Assembly (NCBI GenBank): GCA_001777915.1
Contig: MFFN01000004.1
Location: forward strand, 425,744 to 489,743
Length of the DNA: 64,000 nucleotides
Source of the DNA: Candidatus Edwardsbacteria bacterium RifOxyA12_full_54_48
GTDB lineage: Bacteria; Edwardsbacteria; AC1; EtOH8
Direction: 5' to 3'
How positions within the stretch are numbered: the first letter of the stretch is position 1; each line of letters starts with the position of its first letter. The position numbers were made by a program, and so were the translations under genes. Shown piece after piece: positions 29,001 to 37,717 of this stretch. Below the pieces are notes generated by a model, which saw nothing but the letters and a program-made list of their open reading frames with translations, was not told the origin of the DNA and searched no databases.

Positions 29001-30100
29001 ACCCCTGGCTGGTCGGAGGGAACGGCAACCTGGATCTTCTGCTTGGCAGTTGTTTTTTGGATCGGCTCTTTGTCCCTGGGCAGATTTTTATTGAAATTAT
29101 CCATTATTTCATCGGTGGTTGGCGGCTCCAGCAGTCCGCCGTCCCGGGTGCGGTGGACCAGGGTCAGCTCGGAGGCCAGAAGGATATCGCCGGAAAAAAC
29201 TTCGCTGCGCCCGTTGAGGGCGGCCAGGGTCATGGCGGTCTTGATTATCACGATATCGGGCCGCTGGCCGTCCACTTTCAGGGCGGCGCAGGAGACGGCC
29301 ACCGAATCTATCAGCGACGGATCGATGGTCACCCGGGGCAGCAGCTCCCGGGCGGAGAGGATCTGCTTTCCAGTCTCCGCCTCCTGTCCGGCGAACTTTT
29401 TGTGGAAGGCCTCCCGGTCATTCTCGAACAGCAGGTTGCTCTGCACCACCTGGGAGCGGATGGCGGGATCCTTGATGGTCTCGATCTTCACGCACAGCGG
29501 GAAGCGGTCCAGGATCTGGGGACGGAGATCGCCCTCTTCGGGATTCATGGTGCCCACCAGGACAAAATCGGCCGGATGGGAGACCGAGATGCCCTCGCGC
29601 TCGATGGTGTTCCAGTGGGTGGAGGCGGCATCCAGGATGTCGTCCACCAGATGGTCCGGCAGCAGGTTGACCTCGTCCACGTAGAGGATGTTGCCGTTGG
29701 CCTGGCCCAGGATGCCCGGCAGGATCACCTTCTGGCCGGTCTTCAAGAGCTTTTCGATGTCGATGCTTCCGATCAGCCGGTCCTCGGTGCAGCTTAGGGG
29801 AAGGTTGATTATCCTCATCTTCCGGGTGACAGCCTGATGGTCCGGCCTTTGGCGGCACAGCGAGCAGAGATCCTGGGGTTTTGCCGGATGGCAGTTGAAA
29901 ATGCAGCCGTCGACCGCCTGGCCCTCCGGCAGGATGGACTCCACCGAATGGACGATGGTGCTTTTTCCCGTGCCCTTGGGCCCGCTGATCAGCAGCCCGC
30001 CTATCCGGGGATTGACGATGTTGGCCAGATAGGCATATTTCAGCTTATCCTGGCCCAGAATGGCGGAAAAAAGAAAACGTCTGTTTTGAGAGATATTCAT
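28979..30100 (-). CDS. Mg/Co-chelatase ChlI-like AAA+ ATPase (N-terminal half of a ChlD-like gene)
   Basis: FSAILGQ, GPKGTGKST, TEDRLIGSIDIE, LYVDEVNLLPDHLVD, GTMNPEEGDLRPQILDRF. Confidence 0.9.
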   Translation of the reverse strand: MNISQNRRFLFSAILGQDKLKYAYLANIVNPRIGGLLISGPKGTGKSTIVHSVESILPEGQAVDGCIFNCHPAKPQDLCSLCRQRPDHQAVTRKMRIINLPLSCTEDRLIGSIDIEKLLKTGQKVILPGILGQANGNILYVDEVNLLPDHLVDDILDAASTHWNTIEREGISVSHPADFVLVGTMNPEEGDLRPQILDRFPLCVKIETIKDPAIRSQVVQSNLLFENDREAFHKKFAGQEAETGKQILSARELLPRVTIDPSLIDSVAVSCAALKVDGQRPDIVIIKTAMTLAALNGRSEVFSGDILLASELTLVHRTRDGGLLEPPTTDEIMDNFNKNLPRDKEPIQKTTAKQKIQVAVPSDQPGVKKNGNP

Positions 30101-30104
30101 ATTT

Positions 30105-30407
30105 TCAAACCTTATAATCAACCACCACCCGCTGATGGCGGACCTTTCCCAAAAAGCCCACGGCCTTAAGGTGCTCGGGATGCTTTTGATAGATATCCAG
30201 CCCGGCCTGGTCGTCGAATTCCGAATATAGCGCCAGGTCGTAGGCCGCTTCGGAGGGGTTGATGTTATGCCCGATCTCCAAAAAGCGCACAGTGTCGATC
30301 TTGTCCTTGAGCCCAGCCAGCATCTGGGTGGCCAGCTTTAGATTTTCGTCCTTGCCCCGGCCGTCGGCATGATCCTTGAAGGTCCACATTACGATATGTT
30401 TTATCAT
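30105..30407 (-). CDS. Dabb family stress-responsive A/B barrel protein
   Basis: MIKHIVMWTFK...YDLALYSEF...YQKHPEH...VVDY. Confidence 0.9.
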   Translation of the reverse strand: MIKHIVMWTFKDHADGRGKDENLKLATQMLAGLKDKIDTVRFLEIGHNINPSEAAYDLALYSEFDDQAGLDIYQKHPEHLKAVGFLGKVRHQRVVVDYKV

Positions 30408-30520
30408 TTTATTATCTCTTGATTTCAGAATAAGAATACAACTTGACGGTGCTAAAATCAAGATAATTTATTGATAATTTATCGATAAAGTTTGGTATAA
30501 TGAATAGGGTTATATTTCAG

Positions 30521-30605
30521 GTCATTCTGAAAACGGCGTCTTGCCTTGCCCTTGAAGAATCCGAGATCCTTCCTTAGAAAAGTATCGGGTCTATTTCAGG
30601 ATGAC
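30521..30605. repeat. GTCAT/ATGAC-tagged palindromic intergenic element
   Basis: Terminal inverted repeat GTCATTCTGAAA ... TTTCAGGATGAC with internal GAAGAATC / GATCCTTC. Confidence 0.6.
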
Positions 30606-30626
30606 GGAGAATAGTGATATTCATCC

Positions 30627-31328
30627 TTGAAACCGACCCTTAATAATAACCGGAGAATAATTATTAATAATCCTGAATTTCAAAAGATGGGCCGGGCCGT
30701 CCAGGCTTTGGGCGTGACGCTGAGCCAGGAGCAGATAGAGAAGTTGTTCCAGTTTCAGGTCCTGGTAAAGGAATGGAATGCCAAAGTAAATTTGATCTCG
30801 CGGCGGGACATTGACAACCTGCTGGCCAATCATCTTCTGGACTCGCTGACCGCCCTGCCGGCATTGTCGGCGAAGGCCTCGGCCGAAGTGATGGACCTGG
30901 GCCCGGGCGGCGGCTTCCCCGGGATCCCGCTGAAGATCTGCCTGCCGGAGATAAAACTGACCTGCCTGGAGGCCACCCAGAAAAAGGCCCGCTTCTTGGA
31001 GCTGGCCGCCAATGAGCTGGGGTTGTCAGACGTGCTGGTTATAGCCCAGCATTCCCAGGCGGTCCAAAAGGATATAACTCTTTTGAATCGGTATGATTTC
31101 GTCACCGCCCGGGCGGTGGCGGAACTAAAGGAGCTGGTGAAGATATCCTTTCCGTTCCTGAAGGTGGGGGGAAAACTGCTGGCCTACAAATCCAGCAAGG
31201 CCGGCCAGGAGATCGAGGCAGCCGGGGAAATCATAAATAAACTGGGGGGAACCCTGGAGGGTAAATTGCGCCAGGAGCCGGGAGCGGGCGACAAGGACCG
31301 AAAAATAATTATAATAAGGAAAGAATAA
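30627..31328 (+). CDS. rsmG: 16S rRNA (guanine(527)-N7)-methyltransferase RsmG (GidB); start uncertain
   Basis: WNAKVNLIS, HLLDSL, DLGPGGGFPGIPL, TARAVA. Confidence 0.93.
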   Translation: MKPTLNNNRRIIINNPEFQKMGRAVQALGVTLSQEQIEKLFQFQVLVKEWNAKVNLISRRDIDNLLANHLLDSLTALPALSAKASAEVMDLGPGGGFPGIPLKICLPEIKLTCLEATQKKARFLELAANELGLSDVLVIAQHSQAVQKDITLLNRYDFVTARAVAELKELVKISFPFLKVGGKLLAYKSSKAGQEIEAAGEIINKLGGTLEGKLRQEPGAGDKDRKIIIIRKE

Positions 31329-31359
31329 ATAAACCCCAGTTGTAAACATAAGCGTTCTT

Positions 31360-32070
31360 ATGAAAAAAACATTTTTAATATTATTACTATTAGCATCCCT
31401 TGTTTCATCTCTGTTGGCGCAGGATAAGGTCACCGGGATTGCCACCGATATCCCCATATTGATGCACCGATCAACTTCAAATCCCGGCGCGTTTCCTCTG
31501 CCTTGGCGACGGAGCATCGTTATGTACGAATACGTTGATAAAAATATCAGTTGGTCTTTTGGGTGGGGCAGAGGCCTTGAAACCGAGTTTGGCTGGCAAG
31601 AACATTACTCATCGCCCGAGTATTTATTTACCATAAGATGGAAAACACCCTTCAGGGGTGCCCTGCGAAACGGAACTTTTATTGAATTCCATAATCGCAC
31701 ATTAAACGAAAGCAATTCCAACAAACTTACTATAGGTTATTTATTCAATAAAAACCAAAATCTTTCTTTTACTCCAACGATATCCCTGGGTGGGCGTGTG
31801 GCTATAACCCCGGCAATTGAGGCCGGATGGACGCCGTTTAGTCATCTGGCTGTTTCTTTGGGAACCGGATACGCTTTTGCTAATAACTCTCAAAAACTAT
31901 GGGAATCAAGCTTAGGTTTAAAACTGCGAATCTGGAAAGGAATTTTTCACCAATGGAAAATCAGCAGCACCTACGAGTCTCAAACATATTATGAGGAAAG
32001 TACTGACAGAAACTGGACTAATTGCACTATCTCTATTAAACAATACCAATATCTGGGCATAATGTTCTGA
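31360..32070 (+). CDS. Hypothetical exported beta-rich protein, AT-rich
   Basis: Signal peptide, aromatic beta strands, terminal F, low GC. Confidence 0.55.
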   Translation: MKKTFLILLLLASLVSSLLAQDKVTGIATDIPILMHRSTSNPGAFPLPWRRSIVMYEYVDKNISWSFGWGRGLETEFGWQEHYSSPEYLFTIRWKTPFRGALRNGTFIEFHNRTLNESNSNKLTIGYLFNKNQNLSFTPTISLGGRVAITPAIEAGWTPFSHLAVSLGTGYAFANNSQKLWESSLGLKLRIWKGIFHQWKISSTYESQTYYEESTDRNWTNCTISIKQYQYLGIMF

Positions 32071-32756
32071 TGAAATACACCCACTTGGTCCTTTTCGACA
32101 TAGACGGCACCCTGGTGCATTGCGGGCCCACCCCCAAAAGGGTCTTCAAGCAGGGCCTGATCGATACCTTCGGCACCGCCGGACCGATAGACGGCTGGAT
32201 ATTCGACGGCAAGACCGATCCCATGATCGTCCGGGAATTGATGGCCGAGGCTGGTGTGTCCTGCACTGATGAATTGGTGAAAAAGGCCCTTGATATTTAT
32301 GCCCAAGGAATAAAGAGAGAGCTTCCCGGAGAGGCAAACAAAAAGATCTATCCCGGAGTCATCAATTTATTGGAGGGGCTGGCCAAGCAGCCGGTTCTGT
32401 TGGGACTGCTGACCGGCAACATACAAAAGGGGGCCCGGGCGAAGCTGGGATCGCTGGACCTGTGGCGGTATTTCTCCTTCGGGGCCTTTGCCGACGATTC
32501 CTCGGTCCGCAAAGAACTGGCCGATATTGCGGTGCAGAGAGCTTATGAAATGACCGGACAGCAATTCTCCGGGAAGCAGATCGTCATTATCGGCGACACC
32601 GAACACGATATAAGATGCGGCCGGCACTTGGGAGCCAAGGCCATTGGGGTGGGCACTGCCCGAAGCACGGCCAAAGAACTGCTGGCCCACGGAGCGGATC
32701 ACGCCTTTGATGATCTTTCGGACCATGAACGGGTTCTTCGGGCAATTTTGGAATAA
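32070..32756 (+). CDS. HAD family hydrolase
   Basis: LFDIDGTL, GLLTGN, IIGDTEHD. Confidence 0.9.
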   Translation: MKYTHLVLFDIDGTLVHCGPTPKRVFKQGLIDTFGTAGPIDGWIFDGKTDPMIVRELMAEAGVSCTDELVKKALDIYAQGIKRELPGEANKKIYPGVINLLEGLAKQPVLLGLLTGNIQKGARAKLGSLDLWRYFSFGAFADDSSVRKELADIAVQRAYEMTGQQFSGKQIVIIGDTEHDIRCGRHLGAKAIGVGTARSTAKELLAHGADHAFDDLSDHERVLRAILE

Positions 32757-32768
32757 TTACTGGCAAGC

Positions 32769-32798
32769 ATAAAGCCCCGGCTTTTGCCGGGGCTTTAT
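32769..32798. terminator. Bidirectional terminator
   Basis: ATAAAGCCCCGGC-TTTT-GCCGGGGCTTTAT. Confidence 0.85.
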
Positions 32799-32811
32799 TG
32801 ATAGATGCAGA

Positions 32812-33357
32812 TTATGACTGCAACCCGATCATAATAGAGAATACGGAATGTTTGATGTCGTCATTATATTCTTTAAATATTTTACGAAGCCCCATTGTGT
32901 ACCTAACATCTAAAGATATTTTTAAGGGTGTTTTTATTTCAGTACCCAAAACAAGTCCCAAATCAGGGCTGTTAACATCCTGGCTGAAATCAAAATCTTC
33001 GATTTTGGCGTTAGCCAATAAACTTACCGCTGGCCCTAAATACGGGCTGATCCTGAATTTTTGGGACAATGGTATTTTTATTAAAACAGGGATTTCAAAA
33101 TAATTATATCTGCAACCAATATTATATTTCCACCCTTTTTGGGAAAACAATACTTCGGGTTGGATGCTGAAAGAGACAAAATCAAAATCACAAAAAGCTC
33201 CGCCGATAAAGCCAAACCTGGAATCGGGCCTATCGCATTCGATGCCGTAAATATTAGATATATTCATTCCGCCCTTCAGCCCGAAGGAGGTCGTTTGTGC
33301 CAAACACAAACCAGAGAACGATGTAAGTATCAAAATTACCAAGAGGCGTCTTTTCAT
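32812..33357 (-). CDS. PorT-like small outer-membrane beta-barrel
   Basis: FGLKGGMNIS, SIQPEVLFSQKG, NYFEIPVLIK, LDVRYTMGL. Confidence 0.85.
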   Translation of the reverse strand: MKRRLLVILILTSFSGLCLAQTTSFGLKGGMNISNIYGIECDRPDSRFGFIGGAFCDFDFVSFSIQPEVLFSQKGWKYNIGCRYNYFEIPVLIKIPLSQKFRISPYLGPAVSLLANAKIEDFDFSQDVNSPDLGLVLGTEIKTPLKISLDVRYTMGLRKIFKEYNDDIKHSVFSIMIGLQS

Positions 33358-33383
33358 GGTTAACTCCTGGTTACGGGTTGTTA

Positions 33384-33410
33384 AAAGCCCCGGCGCTAAG
33401 CCGGGGCTTT
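33384..33410 (-). terminator. Intrinsic terminator
   Basis: AAAGCCCCGGC-GCTAA-GCCGGGGCTTT. Confidence 0.8.
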
Positions 33411-33423
33411 AGTGTTCCCTGTT

Positions 33424-34023
33424 TTAGAAAAGGGCGTAACCAACCATCAAAGATATCGTCGAATTTTTAACATCTGGGTTATAGGTCACGCCCAAAAACT
33501 CGAACTCTTTTGCCGTTGTCATAAGGCCTAAATTATACCGGGCATCAACCGTAAGTTTAATCGGGGTTTTCACATCCACTCCAAAAACCAATCCGAGGTC
33601 ACTGCTCATCACCGCATCTTTTACGTCAACGCCTTCCACATCGGCGCTCATAAGCATCCCAAAGGACGGCCCGGCATATATACTGGGAACCACGATCTTG
33701 CCCAGGGGAAATTTAATAAGCACCGGGATCTCAACGTAATTAAGATTCTGGTCTATAGAAAGGCCTAAAATCTCATAGGTGGCCCCCTTTTGTGAAAAAA
33801 GCACCTCGGGCTGGATATTAACGAACATCAGATCAATGGTGGCATAGGCTCCGCCCACCAACCCGGTCTTCATGCTGTTGGTTCCGGCATCCGCCCCGGT
33901 GAACTTGGCCATGTTCACCCCGCCCTTGATCCCCAAGGATAGCCCCTGGGCGGAACAGTATTGGGGAAGGCCGAAAACCAGGGCCGTGATCAGAGCCAAC
34001 AGGACAATGGTTGTCTTTCTCAT
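33424..34023 (-). CDS. PorT-like small outer-membrane beta-barrel
   Basis: LGIKGGVNMA, IQPEVLFSQKG, LNYVEIPVLIK, VDARYNLGL; start at MRKTT with RBS AAGGA. Confidence 0.88.
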   Translation of the reverse strand: MRKTTIVLLALITALVFGLPQYCSAQGLSLGIKGGVNMAKFTGADAGTNSMKTGLVGGAYATIDLMFVNIQPEVLFSQKGATYEILGLSIDQNLNYVEIPVLIKFPLGKIVVPSIYAGPSFGMLMSADVEGVDVKDAVMSSDLGLVFGVDVKTPIKLTVDARYNLGLMTTAKEFEFLGVTYNPDVKNSTISLMVGYALF

Positions 34024-34240
34024 GATCTTTCCTTTCTTATTATTAGATGCTGGGCTTTCGCTGGGATATATGCTATAATAATTGCGGTCATAAGTCAATA
34101 CTTTATTTGAGGTTTAACGATTTTTTGAAGCCTTGCGGCTTTTCGGTTTTCCTTGACAAAGGCCGGCAGGCTATATTATCATATCAGTTTGCCAGCCAAC
34201 TTATCGGCATCCCCAATCAGGCTATTTTAGGAGCGTTTCA

Positions 34241-35011
34241 ATGTCGCGCATCATCGCCCTGGTCAACCAAAAAGGAGGCGTGGGAAAGACCACCTCGTCC
34301 ATCAACCTGGCGGCCTCGCTGGCCGTGCTGGAGAAGCCCACTCTGTTGGTGGACATCGACCCCCAGGCCAACGCCACCAGCGGGCTGGGCATAGACAAAA
34401 GCACGGTGGAAAGCGGCATCTACGACGTGCTGTTGAACGAGGTGCCCATCAATGACATAATTGTCCGGACCCAGCTGGACAAGCTGCATCTGGCGCCGTC
34501 CCAGATAGACCTGGCCGGGGCCGAGGTGGAGATGGTGGGAATGGAGGGCCGGGAGAATCTCTTGAAGCCCCACCTGGAAGCCTTGCGCGACAGGTACAAA
34601 TACATCCTGATAGACTGCCCGCCCTCGCTGGGCCTGCTGACCATCAACGCCCTGACCGCGGCCGATTCGGTGCTGATACCCATTCAGGCCGAATACTACG
34701 CCCTGGAGGGCCTGGGCCAGCTGCTGAACACCATCGACCTGGTGAAGAACAGCCTCAATCCGGAATTGGACATCGAGGGCATCCTGCTGACCATGTTCGA
34801 TTCCCGCCTCAACCTGGCCCAGCAGGTGGCCGGGGAGATAAAAAAGCACTTTCCGGAAAAGGTCTACGAGAACTTCATCGCCCGCAGCGTCCGGATAGCC
34901 GAGGCTCCGTCCCACGGCAAGCCGATCATATTATATGACGTCAACTCCAACGGCGCCCAGAGCTACCTAGCCCTGGCCAAAGAGGTGGCCGCCCGGAGGG
35001 GCGCGAAATGA
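34241..35011 (+). CDS. parA: Chromosome partitioning ATPase ParA/Soj
   Basis: NQKGGVGKTT, DIDPQANATSGLG, IDCPPSLGLLT, IAEAPSHGKP. Confidence 0.97.
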   Translation: MSRIIALVNQKGGVGKTTSSINLAASLAVLEKPTLLVDIDPQANATSGLGIDKSTVESGIYDVLLNEVPINDIIVRTQLDKLHLAPSQIDLAGAEVEMVGMEGRENLLKPHLEALRDRYKYILIDCPPSLGLLTINALTAADSVLIPIQAEYYALEGLGQLLNTIDLVKNSLNPELDIEGILLTMFDSRLNLAQQVAGEIKKHFPEKVYENFIARSVRIAEAPSHGKPIILYDVNSNGAQSYLALAKEVAARRGAK

Positions 35012-35033
35012 TCATTTTACAGAGGAAACCCCG

Positions 35034-35669
35034 ATGAATAAAAGACCCTTTTCCGGCCTTCGTTCAATAGCCGCAATGATGGCCCTGGCGGTCATCATCC
35101 CGGGATGCGCCACATTGACCCAGATGGCTGGGGCGCTGTCCAACCTGCAGCGCCTGAAGTTCAAGGTGGCCGGGGTGGCCGACTTCACGGTGTCGGGCAT
35201 CGCCATCGCCGGCAAGCAGAAGATCGGTGATTTCACCCTGCTGGACGGGATCAACCTGATGGCGGCCTACCGCAGCAGGAAACTGCCGGCCGGGTTCACC
35301 CTCAACATCGAGGCGATCAATCCCAACGACGGCACCGGGGGCTCGCCCCAGACCAGCTCCACCCTGACCAGCTTCGAATGGCGCCTGCTGATAGACGACA
35401 AGCCCACCGTCTCCGGCAATATTGCGAGGCCCATCGAGATCCCCGGCACCGGACAGTCGGCGGCCATCCCGCTGCAGATAAGCCTGAACCTGGTGGAGTT
35501 CTTCGGGGAGAAGGGATACAACGACCTGCTGAACCTGGCCCTGGCCTTGGGCGGGGCCCAAAGCGACATCAGCCGTCTGGCCATAGACGCCCAGCCCCGG
35601 GTCAGCACCCCGCTGGGCGAGATCACCTATCCCGGGCGGATCACCATAGTATCCCAGGAATACAGATAA
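35034..35669 (+). CDS. LEA-2/WHy-like lipoprotein
   Basis: Lipobox IPGC; LNIEAINPN; FEWRLLIDD. Confidence 0.65.
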   Translation: MNKRPFSGLRSIAAMMALAVIIPGCATLTQMAGALSNLQRLKFKVAGVADFTVSGIAIAGKQKIGDFTLLDGINLMAAYRSRKLPAGFTLNIEAINPNDGTGGSPQTSSTLTSFEWRLLIDDKPTVSGNIARPIEIPGTGQSAAIPLQISLNLVEFFGEKGYNDLLNLALALGGAQSDISRLAIDAQPRVSTPLGEITYPGRITIVSQEYR

Positions 35670-35679
35670 AGGAGCATCA

Positions 35680-36243
35680 ATGAACGTAAAGGGAACCGCA
35701 CTGGCGGTGCTGCCGATCTTCATCGAAAGCAAATTCGGCAAAGAAGGACTTAACAAATGGCTGGAATCGCTGAACACCGAGGCGGTGGCCTTGTACCAGG
35801 AGGCCAACACCATCAAGCTCAACCAGTGGTACCCTTTAAAGGAAAGCTACCTGGAGCCCACTGCGGCCCTGTGCGAGCTTTTTTATGACAACGATCCCAA
35901 AGGAGCCTGGGAGGTGGGCCGGTTCAGCGCCGACTATGCCCTTAAAGGCGTATACAAAGCCTTCGTCAAAATGACCTCGGTCAGCTTCTTCATCAAACGG
36001 GCCAGCCTGCTGATGACCACCTACTACCAGCCCAGCACCATGGAGCTCAAATCGTCCACCTACAGCCAGGCGGTCCTGCACATGACCGAATTTCCCGAGG
36101 CCCACCACCTGATAGAATCGCGCATCGGCGGCTGGATCCAACGCTCCCTGGAGATCCACGGCTGCAAGGAGGTGGCGGTGGAGACTACCAAATCCCTGGC
36201 CGACGACGATCCCCACACCGAATTCATTTTAAGCTGGAAATAA
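35680..36243 (+). CDS. DUF2378/V4R-like hypothetical protein
   Basis: MNVKGT...KFG...WYP...GRFSA...IGGWI...EFILSW pattern. Confidence 0.55.
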   Translation: MNVKGTALAVLPIFIESKFGKEGLNKWLESLNTEAVALYQEANTIKLNQWYPLKESYLEPTAALCELFYDNDPKGAWEVGRFSADYALKGVYKAFVKMTSVSFFIKRASLLMTTYYQPSTMELKSSTYSQAVLHMTEFPEAHHLIESRIGGWIQRSLEIHGCKEVAVETTKSLADDDPHTEFILSWK

Positions 36244-36272
36244 TCCCGACACATCAGAATATTGGAGACCCC

Positions 36273-37151
36273 ATGACCGCACAGAAAAGAGGCCTGGGAA
36301 AGGGCCTGTCGGCCCTGATCCCGGCCAAGAAGACAGCCGCACCGGTGACCCCGCATCCCGAGGGCATCGAGCGCTTTTTAAAGCTGTCCGAGATCAAGCC
36401 CAACCGCTTCCAACCCCGCCGCTCTTTCCGGGAGGCCGAGCTGGCCGAACTGATGGACTCCATCAGGGAGAAGGGGATCATCGAGCCGGTGATCGTCCGC
36501 CGCAGCGGCTCCGGATACGAGCTGATCGCCGGGGAGCGGCGCCTTAGGGCCTGCCAGAAGCTGGGCCAGGAGAAGATCCCGGCCATCATCCGCCAGGCCG
36601 GCGACCAGGAGGCCCTGGAGATAGCGCTGATAGAGAACATCCAGCGGGAGAACCTCAATCCCATCGAGGAGTCCCGGGGCTACGAGCGGCTGGCCAGGGA
36701 GTTCAGCCTGACCCAGGAGGCTTTGGCCAGGAAGGTGGGCAAGGAAAGATCCACCGTGGCCAACAGCCTGCGGTTGCTGGCCCTGCCGGAAGAGATCCAA
36801 AAAATGCTGGAGGACGATAAGTTGACCGCCGGGCACGCCCGGGCCCTGCTGACGGTCAGCGACAGGCGAAAACAGCTGTCCCTGGCCCAGACCATAATCT
36901 CAAAGGGCCTGTCGGTCAGGGAGGCCGAAGTTCTGGCTAAGGGGGAGCCGGTCAAATCGTCCCTCACTTCTCCCAAAACACCCCGGCAATTGGACCAGCA
37001 CCTGACCAACATCCAGAACGAGATCCAGCGGGCCTTGGGCACCAGGGTGCGGATAGTGTCCCAGGGAAAGAACAAGGGAAAGATCGAGGTGGAGTATTAT
37101 TCGGCCGATGATTTCGAGAGGATCCTGCAGAAGCTCAGTATCAAGCTATAA
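36273..37151 (+). CDS. parB: Chromosome partitioning protein ParB/Spo0J
   Basis: [59 protein letters not shown]. Confidence 0.97.
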   Translation: MTAQKRGLGKGLSALIPAKKTAAPVTPHPEGIERFLKLSEIKPNRFQPRRSFREAELAELMDSIREKGIIEPVIVRRSGSGYELIAGERRLRACQKLGQEKIPAIIRQAGDQEALEIALIENIQRENLNPIEESRGYERLAREFSLTQEALARKVGKERSTVANSLRLLALPEEIQKMLEDDKLTAGHARALLTVSDRRKQLSLAQTIISKGLSVREAEVLAKGEPVKSSLTSPKTPRQLDQHLTNIQNEIQRALGTRVRIVSQGKNKGKIEVEYYSADDFERILQKLSIKL

Positions 37152-37203
37152 CATTTTGGCACGGCAAGGGACCGTGCTATATTTTTATCCAAAAGGAGCC
37201 CCA

Positions 37204-37686
37204 ATGGAAACAAAACTGGTTGCCATCAAAAAGCCCGAGGATATCAATTTCATCCTGGGCCAGTCGCATTTTATCAAAACAGTGGAGGATCTCTACGAGA
37301 TACTGGTCTCCTCTGTGCCGGGAATAAAATTCGGGCTGGCCTTCTGCGAGGCCTCCGGCGCCTGCCTGATCAGACATGAGGGAACGGACGATGAGATGGT
37401 CAGGCTGGCTAGCGAAAACGCCAAGGCGATCGGGGCCGGCCACAGCTTCATCATCTTTTTAAGGGACGCCTATCCCATCAACGTGCTCAATGCCGTAAAA
37501 AACTGCCCCGAGGTCTGCCGCATATTCTGCGCCACCGCCAATCCCTGCCAGGTGATCATCGCCGAAAGCGAACAGGGGCGGGGGATTATGGGGGTGATAG
37601 ACGGCTCTGCTCCAAAAGGGGTGGAAGATGAGGCGGGAATCAAGTGGAGAAAAGAGCTTCTGCGCCAGATCGGGTATAAGCGATAG
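37204..37686 (+). CDS. Adenosine-specific kinase-like protein (DUF355)
   Basis: [44 protein letters not shown]. Confidence 0.88.
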   Translation: METKLVAIKKPEDINFILGQSHFIKTVEDLYEILVSSVPGIKFGLAFCEASGACLIRHEGTDDEMVRLASENAKAIGAGHSFIIFLRDAYPINVLNAVKNCPEVCRIFCATANPCQVIIAESEQGRGIMGVIDGSAPKGVEDEAGIKWRKELLRQIGYKR

Positions 37687-37717
37687 TCAAATAAGTTGAA
37701 ATTCATGGAGCAAAAAG

